DNA of 36,662 nt from a virus. Taxonomy: Duplodnaviria; Caudoviricetes. Shown here one piece after another: positions 1 to 9,187 of the stretch. The number at the start of each line of letters is the position of its first letter. Position 1 is the stretch's first letter. The notes under the pieces are model-generated. The model had not been told where the DNA came from and searched no databases. It worked only from the letters and a program-made list of their open reading frames with translations. The position numbers were made by a program, and so were the translations under genes. The DNA is taken from the IMG/VR virus record IMGVR_UViG_3300020045_003757, positions 1-36,662 of that record, one strand, 5' to 3'.

Positions 1-2
1 TG

Positions 3-2021
3 ATGAAGGAACAACTTACGAGCCAACAGGCACAGACACCGTCTACGAGCCGTAGAAAAAGAAACCGTAAACACGGAAGGTCTTCGGGTTCTGCTCATTC
101 ATTTATGAAGGGCAAAGGTTCTTCTATTCCACTTCCTACACAAATGGAAGACAAAACAAAAAAGATTGTTTCTTGGGGTGGTAATAATTTATTTCCTTAT
201 TACTTGAATTATCTTTTCAAAAATAATCCTATTCACGCAGGGATTGTAAGAAGCAAACAGTACTACACAACTTCAGGCGGTTTGGTTTACGAAGGCGCTG
301 ATGTAGATAAATACAATGTGTTTTTTCTTAATGGTAAATCAAATCCAAATGAACAAAACTTACAGGAAGTTGTAGAAGATTTTTCTTTGGACTTAGAGAA
401 ATCAAATATGTATGTTTGCCGTATCTTAATGACTAAGGTAGGCATAAGACAATACCGAAAAGCCGTACCGATTCCATTTGAAAGAGTACGATTTGAAATT
501 GAAGAAGTAGATTCAAAAGTTATTTTAACGGGACGTATAAAAGTTTCTGCCGATTGGTCAGATGAACGTGCTGAAATAGAATATCTTTCACAGTACAATC
601 CTGAAGACCCTGAACAAAGAGAGTTCTATGTTTTATACATGGAAAAATCTAGTCAGTCGTTGGATGCTTCCAATTCTAAAAAACCAAATCCATCTATTTA
701 TCCTGACCCGCCGTATGGTGGTGGGATTGTTTCAATTGACACGGGAATAAAAATAAATAAGCACGGTAACTCCGAACTTGACAACGGATTTTCTTTAGGC
801 ACTATCTTAAATTTAAACAACGGCAGGCCTTCGAATGATGATGAAAAGAAAAAGTTAGAGCAAGATATTGCAGACGCTTCAACGGGAGTTGATAATACGG
901 GCGGTGCTTTGGTTCTTTACGGAAACGGTAAGGATAGAGAGGCAAGTGTTACAAGTTTAAACGGAAATGATTTACCTGAAAGATATTTAAACGTAAAAAA
1001 ATCTAGTGAGGAAAGTATTATTCATTCTCACTCGGTAGTTTCCCCTACTCTTTTTGGAATCATGCAAGAAGGTTCGTTTAACGCTGACCAATTAGAGCAA
1101 GGTTACGCAATTATGCAGGGTAATTATTTTACTTCAAGACGTAAAGCAATTTTAAGTGTGATTAATTGGCTTGGTAAAACATTTTTCGGACTAACAGGTG
1201 AAATAAAATTCATTCCTGTTGTGTTACAATTAGAACAACAAGTAACTGATGCCGATTCACAAACACTCACAGCCATAAATACTCTTTCGCCACTTGTTGC
1301 AACCAAGTTAATTGAGAGCATGACAGCAAACGAGATTAGAAAACTTGGTAAGTTGCCCCCGATTGAAGGTGGTGATGTGATTAAACAACCTGCGTCTGTA
1401 CAATTTTCAAAAGAAGACAGTGATATAATTTTAGAACGTCTAAAAAAACATGGACAATCAAAAGATAAGTATCACATTTTACATTCTGTTTCTTTAACTG
1501 ACTCATCACAGGCATACGAAATGAATTTGATGACAGAGTTTGTCAAATCAATTTCAACAAAGCTATCAGACAAAGCAAACCAAGCACTCAACTTAATTAA
1601 TCAAGGCGAAGGATTTAATTCTATTCGCACCGCTTTAGATATTTCAGGAACTGAACTTGCAGGAATTTATAAAAAGTTGCAGGAACTTAAAATGATTTCA
1701 ATCGAAGGTAAAGTTTTAGCCAAAGGAGTTGAGCAACTTGTGTCATCTGACATTGAAGCGATGGAAATTTTATACGAATATCGTTTAAGACCCAACGCGC
1801 CTGAACTTAAACCTGATGGGGCGCAAAAATCAAGACCGTTTTGTGTTGAACTTCTTGCACTAAATAGACTTTATACACGAGATGAAATACAAATGATTAG
1901 CGGTGCAGAGGGATATGACGTATTTAATTATCGTGGTGGGTGGTATCACAATTGGGAAACTAATGTAAATCAACCGATGTGCAGACACGAATGGAATCAA
2001 GTAATTGTATTTAATAAATAG
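3..2021 (+). CDS. Phage portal protein with C-terminal extension (wHTH-like segment plus Cys-containing MuF/minor-head-like domain)
   Basis: Portal-like motifs WGGNNLFPYYL, YPDPPY and IIHSHSVVSPTLFGI, followed by head-completion genes. C-terminus has SRPFC...RGGWY...CRHEW. The start codon is uncertain because it lies at the window edge. Confidence 0.85.
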   Translation: MKEQLTSQQAQTPSTSRRKRNRKHGRSSGSAHSFMKGKGSSIPLPTQMEDKTKKIVSWGGNNLFPYYLNYLFKNNPIHAGIVRSKQYYTTSGGLVYEGADVDKYNVFFLNGKSNPNEQNLQEVVEDFSLDLEKSNMYVCRILMTKVGIRQYRKAVPIPFERVRFEIEEVDSKVILTGRIKVSADWSDERAEIEYLSQYNPEDPEQREFYVLYMEKSSQSLDASNSKKPNPSIYPDPPYGGGIVSIDTGIKINKHGNSELDNGFSLGTILNLNNGRPSNDDEKKKLEQDIADASTGVDNTGGALVLYGNGKDREASVTSLNGNDLPERYLNVKKSSEESIIHSHSVVSPTLFGIMQEGSFNADQLEQGYAIMQGNYFTSRRKAILSVINWLGKTFFGLTGEIKFIPVVLQLEQQVTDADSQTLTAINTLSPLVATKLIESMTANEIRKLGKLPPIEGGDVIKQPASVQFSKEDSDIILERLKKHGQSKDKYHILHSVSLTDSSQAYEMNLMTEFVKSISTKLSDKANQALNLINQGEGFNSIRTALDISGTELAGIYKKLQELKMISIEGKVLAKGVEQLVSSDIEAMEILYEYRLRPNAPELKPDGAQKSRPFCVELLALNRLYTRDEIQMISGAEGYDVFNYRGGWYHNWETNVNQPMCRHEWNQVIVFNK

Positions 2022-2024
2022 GTT

Positions 2025-2558
2025 ATGGCGTTATCATTTACATACTTACTCGACATTGCTAATTGGCAACAATACGGAAACCTTAATACTCAGGTTGACC
2101 CAAAGAAACTTCGTCCAATTATTTTAGGTGTTCAACAATTAAAGATTGAGCCTGTAATCGGAACGGCACTTTATAATAAATTAATCACAGATTGCCCAAC
2201 TTATACAGGACTTTACGAGACGCTTATGAATGAGCATATCATTTTACTTATGATTGCCTACTGTGATTATCAATACACTTGGCAAGGCACACAACTAACA
2301 AATAAAACCGTTGGTAAAAATAACGATGAACACATAAGAGCCAATGGAACAGATGAGAATAATGACTACCGAGATAGCTTGATTCAACTTGCAAAGCAAA
2401 GAGAAAAGAAATTAATTGGGTGGTTGTGTGATAACTTTGATGATATACCTGAACTTGCAGAGTGTGACCCGTTAACATTGCATCAATCAATAAGACCAAG
2501 TAAAGGGGAAAATAATTACGGTGGTGTTATTGGAATTTTACCAAAAAGAAGAAGATGA
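2025..2558 (+). CDS. Head-tail connector/adaptor (DUF6712-like)
   Basis: Directly after the portal. Pattern QQLKIEPVIGTALYNKL resembles adaptor proteins of Bacteroidota phages. Confidence 0.6.
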   Translation: MALSFTYLLDIANWQQYGNLNTQVDPKKLRPIILGVQQLKIEPVIGTALYNKLITDCPTYTGLYETLMNEHIILLMIAYCDYQYTWQGTQLTNKTVGKNNDEHIRANGTDENNDYRDSLIQLAKQREKKLIGWLCDNFDDIPELAECDPLTLHQSIRPSKGENNYGGVIGILPKRRR

Positions 2559-2659
2559 TTAAGCCTAGTAAAAAAACAAAACAAAAAGTTGCAAACGCTG
2601 TAAAGAAATTATTGAATGTCAATCAACACTCAAATAACACAAAGAAGACTAATAGCTGA
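2555..2659 (+). CDS. Small basic ORF, 34 aa (MIKPSKKTKQKVANAVKKLL...)
   Basis: ATGA overlap with the upstream stop and fills the gap before the next gene. Not in the ORF track. Confidence 0.3.
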   Translation: MIKPSKKTKQKVANAVKKLLNVNQHSNNTKKTNS

Positions 2660-3344
2660 GATTCTTGAATGGGCAGATGCTCACGAGATGATTTTTAAAT
2701 CAGGCTATGGTGATTTCTTGCAGTTGTATGGTGAAGATGAAAATCTTTACCCGTACTTCATGGTTAACATCTCAAACGGAACGGAGACGGCTTTTTATTT
2801 TAGGTATCAAATAGAAGTCTTTGTTGCGATGTGGGTTTGGGATGACAGAACAAATCAACTACGCTCTGAAAGTGATTCAGAATTAATCTTAAGAGACTTT
2901 ACAAACACGATTAGGATTTCACCACGTTGGCAACAATTCTCACGGATAGATTCTGTTGAGATGCCAAAGCGAAAAGTAATTGAAAGAGGTGGTGATAAAG
3001 TGACGGGTTGGGGTGTTACTATTAATCTTTCGGTAAAAAAGAAAGCAAGTATCTGTGATATTGAAGCGTTACTTCCTACTTATGATTTCGACACTCAATC
3101 AGTAACAACAGCAACAGTAACAGGAAATGATACTTTAATGGTTTCACTTGCTTGTGGCGAGGCTTATGAGTTTAATATTAAAGACCAAAACGGGAATTTA
3201 GTAGGCACTTGGAATGCTCTAACAAATACATGGACTGTTAATGTTGGTGGTGGTGGTTCATTCACTTATAGTTTTTACGTTGACGGAGTTGACACGGGTA
3301 GCGATGTAGTGGTGGACGGAACAGATATAGATATACTTTGGTAA
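2616..3344 (+). CDS. Virion structural protein, tail-terminator/neck-like
   Basis: Synteny after the adaptor. LYP...SDSELILRDF...VTGW pattern plus a C-terminal beta-rich extension. Confidence 0.5.
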   Translation: MSINTQITQRRLIAEILEWADAHEMIFKSGYGDFLQLYGEDENLYPYFMVNISNGTETAFYFRYQIEVFVAMWVWDDRTNQLRSESDSELILRDFTNTIRISPRWQQFSRIDSVEMPKRKVIERGGDKVTGWGVTINLSVKKKASICDIEALLPTYDFDTQSVTTATVTGNDTLMVSLACGEAYEFNIKDQNGNLVGTWNALTNTWTVNVGGGGSFTYSFYVDGVDTGSDVVVDGTDIDILW

Positions 3345-3345
3345 G

Positions 3346-4728
3346 ATGGCAAATATTTTAAATTTAGGATTATCGGCAGTAGCCACAGGAACAGTAGACG
3401 GTATTACAGCGACTTACTCCCCTGCAATTACATTAACTGATAGACGAATTGTTTATTTAAGAACACTCGGAACAAACACGGTAACTGCACCAACTTTTAA
3501 TCCTAACGGATTAGGAGCGCAAACGATTACTAAAGGTGGTGGTTCTGCTTTGGCTGTTGGTGATTTGGACGGTGATGTGATTTTGATGTATGATTTAGCC
3601 AACACGAATTGGGAACTTTTAACACCTAAAGCGGTTTCATCAAGCACTCCAACACTTGCTCAAGTATTAGGAGCAGGGCAAAGTGTTAATGGTCAATCAA
3701 TATTATCAGCAAATAACCTTAACTACTTACAGTTGTTTGACGCAGGTGTTGTCGTTGGTTTTGATGATGGTTTAGGTGTTTTGGGTGACGTAAGTTTGGA
3801 CGCAACAAAATCGCAACTTTATTTTGAAGACCCGTCAGGCTCAGGATATGTAAGGATTATAGCAACAGACAATACAGTTTACCATGATTTATTATTAAAA
3901 CTTAGTGCACCAAACGTAAACCTACCACAAGAAACTGCCTCGCTAATTTTATCAACTGACGCGAGTAAAAACATTAAAGGTCTTTCAACAACTACCTATC
4001 CGTCGTTAACAGAACTTGCTTATGTGAAGGGTGTAACATCTGCAATCCAAACACAGTTAAACGGAAAAGAACCACTTAAAGGTTCTGATGATAACTACGT
4101 TACAGACGCTCAACTTGTTGTTATTGGTAATACAAGCGGAACGAATAGCGGAAATGAAACAACAGCAACTTTAGGGGCAACAATAAACAGCGCAACTTCG
4201 GCAACTCCAAATGATACTGATTTAGTTCCTGTTATTGAAAGCTCTGTTGTAAAGAAAAACACTTGGACACAAATTAAAGCTTTCTTAAAAACTTATTTTG
4301 ATACGCTTTATGCTAGTCAAGGATTTACACTTCAATCAGCATCAACAGCAGTTAATCCAGGTGCGCTATCAACACACTCATTTGCGGATGCGAATATTGG
4401 TACATCAACTACTTATAATTCTTTAGTTAGAATATACGTGCCAAAAGCTTGTTATTTAAAAAGCGTTAAAGTATTTGTAAAGGTTGCAGGAACATTGGCT
4501 GTTGGTGGTCAAAACTCAACATTCTCATTAGTGTTAAACGGAGTAACTGATAACGATGTTTCGACAACTGTAAAACATGATAGTACTGGCACGCTAGTTT
4601 CAAAAGATAATTTCAATGTAGCTTTTGCGAATGGTGATTGGTTTAACTTCAAGATTGTTCACCCGACTTGGGGTACACCACCAACATCTGTTTCTTATAC
4701 GGTAACTTCTTATTTTGAAAACTTATAA
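3346..4728 (+). CDS. Tail fibre / receptor-binding-like protein
   Basis: Thr/Ser/Gly-rich with the fibre motifs TPTLAQVL and TELAYVKGVTSAIQTQLNGK. Ends in a beta-sandwich-like C-terminus. Confidence 0.65.
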   Translation: MANILNLGLSAVATGTVDGITATYSPAITLTDRRIVYLRTLGTNTVTAPTFNPNGLGAQTITKGGGSALAVGDLDGDVILMYDLANTNWELLTPKAVSSSTPTLAQVLGAGQSVNGQSILSANNLNYLQLFDAGVVVGFDDGLGVLGDVSLDATKSQLYFEDPSGSGYVRIIATDNTVYHDLLLKLSAPNVNLPQETASLILSTDASKNIKGLSTTTYPSLTELAYVKGVTSAIQTQLNGKEPLKGSDDNYVTDAQLVVIGNTSGTNSGNETTATLGATINSATSATPNDTDLVPVIESSVVKKNTWTQIKAFLKTYFDTLYASQGFTLQSASTAVNPGALSTHSFADANIGTSTTYNSLVRIYVPKACYLKSVKVFVKVAGTLAVGGQNSTFSLVLNGVTDNDVSTTVKHDSTGTLVSKDNFNVAFANGDWFNFKIVHPTWGTPPTSVSYTVTSYFENL

Positions 4729-4730
4729 CA

Positions 4731-4925
4731 ATGAGCGCACAACAACTGATAGATATTCTTTTAGGTATTCTCGGAGTAGGAATACTAGGCATGATTTCTT
4801 TTACTGTAAAATACTTGAAAGAAATAGCGGCAAACTTGAATGAGTTAAATAAAAACTTTGCTGTAATGATTTCTAGACACGACGATTTAGAGCGCAGGGT
4901 TGAGGACTTAGAAGATAAAGTATGA
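4731..4925 (+). CDS. Single-TM coiled-coil protein, holin-like
   Basis: N-terminal TM segment and coiled coil. ATGA-coupled to the lysin gene. Confidence 0.5.
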   Translation: MSAQQLIDILLGILGVGILGMISFTVKYLKEIAANLNELNKNFAVMISRHDDLERRVEDLEDKV

Positions 4926-5350
4926 GATATACAGCAGAACTTTGTAGAACGTTTAGAAACGATAAACAGGTTTTAGGACAAATTGATGTCTTAGATGAAA
5001 ATGGAATAGTTTTTACTTGCTTTTCTTTAGAACTCCCTGATTTAAATCATGATGGTATTACAGACAACGAACGCAGGGAGTCTTGCATACTTGAGGGTAT
5101 TTATAAAATCAAGAAAGAAAACCATAAAAAGTTTGGTTGGTGTTATAGGGTTTATGATGTTCCAAATCGTGACGGTGTTTTAATTCATGCAGGAGTAAAT
5201 TTCACTCACACTTTAGGTTGTATTTTGCCCGCAACAAATCAAAAGGATTTAAATAAAGATGGCGAATTGGATAACACTGAAAGCAAAAAGGCACTAGCTA
5301 AATTAGTAGAATACGATTTGAATGAAATAAACATCTATTACAGACAATGA
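4922..5350 (+). CDS. DUF5675-family putative endolysin
   Basis: Motifs CFSLELP, SCILEGIY and VPNRDGVLIHAGVNFTHTLGCIL. Flanked by membrane proteins. Confidence 0.75.
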   Translation: MRYTAELCRTFRNDKQVLGQIDVLDENGIVFTCFSLELPDLNHDGITDNERRESCILEGIYKIKKENHKKFGWCYRVYDVPNRDGVLIHAGVNFTHTLGCILPATNQKDLNKDGELDNTESKKALAKLVEYDLNEINIYYRQ

Positions 5351-5544
5351 GACAATTCTTTACAGAGGCAAACGACCGCCTTTCAATGATGCGAGGCTTG
5401 TCGTTCTTGCTTGTTGTTTCAGGAATAATAGTTGTTTCTGTTGCGGTTTGGTTTAAATTAGACGGTGGTCACTATGGAATCGAATTAGCGGTACTTGGAG
5501 TAATCGGTAAAGGCTATCAAAAAAGGATTGAGGATAAGGCATAA
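5347..5544 (+). CDS. Two-TM membrane protein, holin-like
   Basis: RLSMMR followed by two hydrophobic helices and a charged C-terminus. Confidence 0.5.
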   Translation: MRQFFTEANDRLSMMRGLSFLLVVSGIIVVSVAVWFKLDGGHYGIELAVLGVIGKGYQKRIEDKA

Positions 5545-5559
5545 ACTAAATTAAAAAAT

Positions 5560-6492
5560 ATGGGCAGAGTTTCGAAGATTCCTGAATACGTTAAAGAGTT
5601 TATTCTAGTGAAGTATGAAACTTCTAAAAACATTACTGCCATTGCAAAAGAAGCAAAGAGAATATTTGAATTAGAATTTGATGTTGAATTAATCCGTAGA
5701 TGGGCTTCAAGTTTTCTTCAGAAACAAGGCGCTTCAACAGTTATAAAAAGATTGTTTTTTGACATCGAAACAAGCCAAATGTATTTTAGAGGTTGGCGAA
5801 CGGGCGAACAGTACGTATCAGCCGAGCAAATAGTAAAAGGCAATAAGATTATTTGTATCTGTTATAAATGGCAATACGAAGACGAAGTACACCGATTGGT
5901 TTGGGATTCAAAACAAGATGACAAAGCGATACTCAAAAAGTTTATCAAGATTCTAGGTGAAGCCAATGAGATTGTAGGACACAACGGAGACAGATTCGAT
6001 ATAAAACAAATCCGTACACGGGCAATTCAACAAAAGGTTTTGATGTTTCCAAAATACAGAACACTTGATACATTAAAAAAAGCACGTGCATACTTTAGTT
6101 TTCCTTCAAATAAATTAGATTACTTAGGACAAATTTTAGAGGTCGGCCGAAAGTTAGACCATGAGGGTCGGGGTCTTTGGGATAAGGTCGAAGCAGGTAA
6201 TAAAACAGCATTAAAAACAATGGTTGATTATTGCGCTCAAGACGTTATTTTACTTGAAGATGTATTCCACGTTTTAAGCCCTTACATTGACCACAATACA
6301 AATCATGCGGTACTTAATAAGTTTAGCAAATGGCGTTGTCCTGAATGTGGTTCTAATAACGTTTCACTTTGTCACACCGATACGACAGCGATGGGCTATA
6401 TTAAACGCCACATGAAATGTAAATGTAAAAAGCAGTACCACGTATCAAACAAAACCTATTTGAATTACGTTGAATCGTTAAAAAATAAATAG
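5560..6492 (+). CDS. DnaQ/RNase H-like 3'-5' exonuclease with N-terminal HTH-like segment and C-terminal Zn ribbon
   Basis: ExoI FFDIETS, ExoII GHNGDRFD, ExoIII YCAQDV. C-terminal CPECGS...CKC. Confidence 0.85.
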   Translation: MGRVSKIPEYVKEFILVKYETSKNITAIAKEAKRIFELEFDVELIRRWASSFLQKQGASTVIKRLFFDIETSQMYFRGWRTGEQYVSAEQIVKGNKIICICYKWQYEDEVHRLVWDSKQDDKAILKKFIKILGEANEIVGHNGDRFDIKQIRTRAIQQKVLMFPKYRTLDTLKKARAYFSFPSNKLDYLGQILEVGRKLDHEGRGLWDKVEAGNKTALKTMVDYCAQDVILLEDVFHVLSPYIDHNTNHAVLNKFSKWRCPECGSNNVSLCHTDTTAMGYIKRHMKCKCKKQYHVSNKTYLNYVESLKNK

Positions 6493-6756
6493 ATGCTACT
6501 AAGACTCAAAATAAGAAACGTTGACGGTGTAGACGTGGGTTATGTTATAAATCCTTTTAGAGTTATTTACATGATGCCTAGCAACGTAAAGAACATAGAA
6601 GAGGGGACTGTTTTATTACTATCTAACAACGATGAATATTTCAGTCCTTCACCTATTGATGTTGCACAGGCAAGATGGGACGAAGCACTTGAGAGGGCTT
6701 ATACAGTTATTGTAGCTAACGTAATAGCAGAGGAATTGGCAAATGAAGAAGAGTAA
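6493..6756 (+). CDS. Hypothetical protein
   Basis: 87-aa ORF abutting the upstream stop codon. Confidence 0.6.
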   Translation: MLLRLKIRNVDGVDVGYVINPFRVIYMMPSNVKNIEEGTVLLLSNNDEYFSPSPIDVAQARWDEALERAYTVIVANVIAEELANEEE

Positions 6757-6783
6757 CACAGTTGTTACTAACAAGGTTGTTAC
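6753..6783. promoter_or_regulatory. Tandem palindromes TAACA-N4-TGTTA (candidate operators)
   Basis: GTAACA-cagt-TGTTAC (6753-6768) immediately followed by TAACA-aggt-TGTTA (6769-6782). Confidence 0.35.
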
Positions 6784-6840
6784 AAAAAATATTTTTAAAA
6801 TTGTGCAACCAATTCAAATTTATTTACGTTATTTGCATTA

Positions 6841-6937
6841 GTTACGACCGCGAATCATAACAAAGAAATTTTTTGGGAGGGGTAATACTCTTTGAAATGC
6901 ACCATTCAACTTCGCGGTCGGGGTGCATTTCTGTTTG
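6841..6937 (+). ncRNA. Structured leader RNA, element A (5' hairpin complementary to terminator-hairpin loop)
   Basis: CGACCGCGAA (6845-6854) is the exact complement of TTCGCGGTCG (6911-6920). The latter lies in the loop of the stem GAAATGCACC/GGTGCATTTC. Confidence 0.55.
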
Positions 6938-7252
6938 TGGTCTGCGAGAAATTGGCTGGTTGCACAAATAAGAATACTAGTGGTACAATGAGGACTCACA
7001 ACCACAGGGATAGCACAAAGGTAAAAGTCCCATGATGAGAGGTGTTGACAACGACACTAAAAGTAAGTTACCAAGACCAAACACGTTGTTGTTGATTTGG
7101 TTCACATGATGGGGGATTGATGCTTAGACGCAGAAATTTAGACCGTTGGTGTGGGATGTTCGGATTTAACGCAAGTTATTTTCTAGGACATTCTCACACC
7201 ACACTTAAAAAGATTGAAGGCATACCGCAGTTTAAGTTTAAACCAATAGATT

Positions 7253-7405
7253 ATGGATAAGGGATGGTTTGAAAAAGAGAGGTACAAGAAATATCTCAAA
7301 GAAAAAGAGTTAAAGAAAATAGAAACTAAAAAAGAGGGCGAAAGAAAAAAGAGGCTTCGCAAGATTTTAGACAAAATTTGTCCTAAAAAGTTTGACACTT
7401 TCTAA
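7253..7405 (+). CDS. Small Lys/Glu-rich protein, 50 aa (MDKGWFEKERYKK...)
   Basis: Read manually. Co-oriented with its neighbours and has an AT-rich start context. Confidence 0.45.
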   Translation: MDKGWFEKERYKKYLKEKELKKIETKKEGERKKRLRKILDKICPKKFDTF

Positions 7406-7429
7406 ATAAATAATCCTTATATTAGCCAA

Positions 7430-7630
7430 ATGAAAGTTTACACTCATCCAAATTGTGACAGCCGATTAACATTAAAAAAAATCAACCGTAATGTTGGAAC
7501 ATTCAATATGATTGATAAGCCTAAAGGACGTAACATAAAAGGCGAAGAGGTTTACCCTGTTGTTATTTTAAACATTGATGGGTTGAATGAGGTTAACACA
7601 ATGATATGGCAACATAAATTACCTTCATAA
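7430..7630 (+). CDS. Hypothetical protein
   Basis: 66-aa ORF ending 1 nt before the next start. Confidence 0.5.
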   Translation: MKVYTHPNCDSRLTLKKINRNVGTFNMIDKPKGRNIKGEEVYPVVILNIDGLNEVNTMIWQHKLPS

Positions 7631-7631
7631 A

Positions 7632-7928
7632 ATGCGACAAAGACACTTAAATTTAATATTCGGAATAGGCTTTATAATTATGCTATGCGTATCTTTGTGG
7701 CCTGATGAAACACCTACGCAAATTCCAACGATTGATTACTCGAAATATGAAGCGAAATTTAATTCGTTACAAGACAGTATTAATCAACTTCGATTACAAG
7801 TAAACACCTTTGAGCAAAAGACCGACACGATTAAACTACAAATCTTAAGAGATGAAACTACTATTAAAAATCTTGACAATAACGGCATTGATTCAGCCTT
7901 TGCAGAACTGCTACGCACAACAAGATAG
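7632..7928 (+). CDS. TM plus coiled-coil protein, spanin-like (inner component)
   Basis: N-terminal TM and heptad coiled coil. Overlaps the next gene out of frame. Confidence 0.5.
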   Translation: MRQRHLNLIFGIGFIIMLCVSLWPDETPTQIPTIDYSKYEAKFNSLQDSINQLRLQVNTFEQKTDTIKLQILRDETTIKNLDNNGIDSAFAELLRTTR

Positions 7929-8226
7929 CATCTGTTTTAGTTATCCTGATGCAAAGAATATTCTAATTCTAGCCAACAAAGGAAAACAAGTTGACTCTTT
8001 AATCTACTTTTTTGATTCTCGAATTGATTTGCTTGAGGAAATTGTAGAACATAAAGAAGAACAATTAGAACTCGCACAGGAACTAATTTCCGAACAATCA
8101 ATAGTTATAGCCGACTTAACAGCGAAGTTGTCAGAATCGGAACGAAAAAGGCTAAATCTTAAACGTGGTGCAATTTCTTTGTTTGGAGTTATAGGAATTG
8201 AAACTTTGTTTTTGATTTTAAAGTAG
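7852..8226 (+). CDS. Signal peptide, coiled coil and C-terminal TM protein, spanin-like partner
   Basis: Signal peptide ending CYA|QQ, then a coiled coil and a hydrophobic C-terminus. Confidence 0.45.
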   Translation: MKLLLKILTITALIQPLQNCYAQQDSICFSYPDAKNILILANKGKQVDSLIYFFDSRIDLLEEIVEHKEEQLELAQELISEQSIVIADLTAKLSESERKRLNLKRGAISLFGVIGIETLFLILK

Positions 8227-8460
8227 TCGTTTCTCAAGATTCTCAAGCACTTGTTGGGCTTCGGTATAAAAGTGTTTGCATTTGATATAGTTGGTTGTGG
8301 ATTCGTCAACCCATAAAATTGTATGTGATAGTTGTTGAACAACCTCCCTCTGACATTCGATGGCGCATTTGGTAGCCAACAAGTATGATGGATTAAAACT
8401 ATAAAAACGCTCAATCAACGCCTCCGCTATATCGTTTATCTTTTTCTCTTGTGGGGTCAT
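8218..8460 (-). CDS. Hypothetical protein
   Basis: Last gene of the leftward block. Confidence 0.65.
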   Translation of the reverse strand: MTPQEKKINDIAEALIERFYSFNPSYLLATKCAIECQREVVQQLSHTILWVDESTTNYIKCKHFYTEAQQVLENLEKRLL

Positions 8461-8463
8461 GGG

Positions 8464-8655
8464 TTATTTTATTAAATGAATATGGTCAGCGCACCATTGC
8501 GCTTTATTAAGTGGGTCTAATGATAGGTACATTTTCAACCAAGAATCTTGGGTCATTGCGTACTTCATTAATGCTTTTACTTGTTCAAATTTATCATCTG
8601 AAAACAGTTCTAATTTACCCTGTTCTTTTAGAATAGATTTTATTTCTCTTTTCAT
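8464..8655 (-). CDS. Hypothetical protein
   Basis: Coupled to the upstream ORF by a 4-nt overlap. Confidence 0.6.
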   Translation of the reverse strand: MKREIKSILKEQGKLELFSDDKFEQVKALMKYAMTQDSWLKMYLSLDPLNKAQWCADHIHLIK

Positions 8656-9146
8656 TCCTTATTTTTTAGTATTAATTTTTCAGTGTATCTCAATAAAAAA
8701 TCATAATCAGATTCTTCAGAAGTTCGAGGAATATAATAATGTTCTTTTAAAAATCTCTCAGCCTCGACAAGCGAAGGGCGTTTGGTGGGTACATTTCTTG
8801 AGATTTCATTACAAACAACGAACTTACCGTGTGCCTCAAGAACATATTTGCCTTCTTGATTTTTTCCAATATAAAAAAGACGACCTTCCCACCAACCATT
8901 TGTATCTTTCCACATTACCATTTCCCCCGCCTTAATCTCCTCGTCTTGAATAGGTTGTTTAACTTCTTCTTTTGGTAGCATTGATTGGACTATTTTAATT
9001 GCTTCGTCAGTCGCTTGATTATGGCTTCTAAATTCGATTGTATCTTTAGAATACTTTTTAACGTACTTATTAAAATCCAATTTCTCAATCACCTCATTCA
9101 ACACTTTTCGTGTTTCGTCTTGTCTGATTTCGTTTTCTGTTTTCAT
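8652..9146 (-). CDS. Hypothetical protein
   Basis: 164-aa ORF with an A-rich start context. Confidence 0.65.
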   Translation of the reverse strand: MKTENEIRQDETRKVLNEVIEKLDFNKYVKKYSKDTIEFRSHNQATDEAIKIVQSMLPKEEVKQPIQDEEIKAGEMVMWKDTNGWWEGRLFYIGKNQEGKYVLEAHGKFVVCNEISRNVPTKRPSLVEAERFLKEHYYIPRTSEESDYDFLLRYTEKLILKNKE

Positions 9147-9187
9147 ATTTAATTTTGTTTAGTTTTTTAATCAAAAGTTAATCTTTG

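Noticed and set aside
7183-7398. 71-aa Phe/Leu-rich minus-strand ORF
   Set aside because: Mirror of the A-rich + strand 50-aa ORF; the hydrophobicity is an artefact of the T-rich antisense strand.
9147-9187. HDV-like/theta ribozyme downstream of the tRNA-like genes
   Set aside because: The 3' trailer is short, AT-rich and serves as the start region of the next gene.
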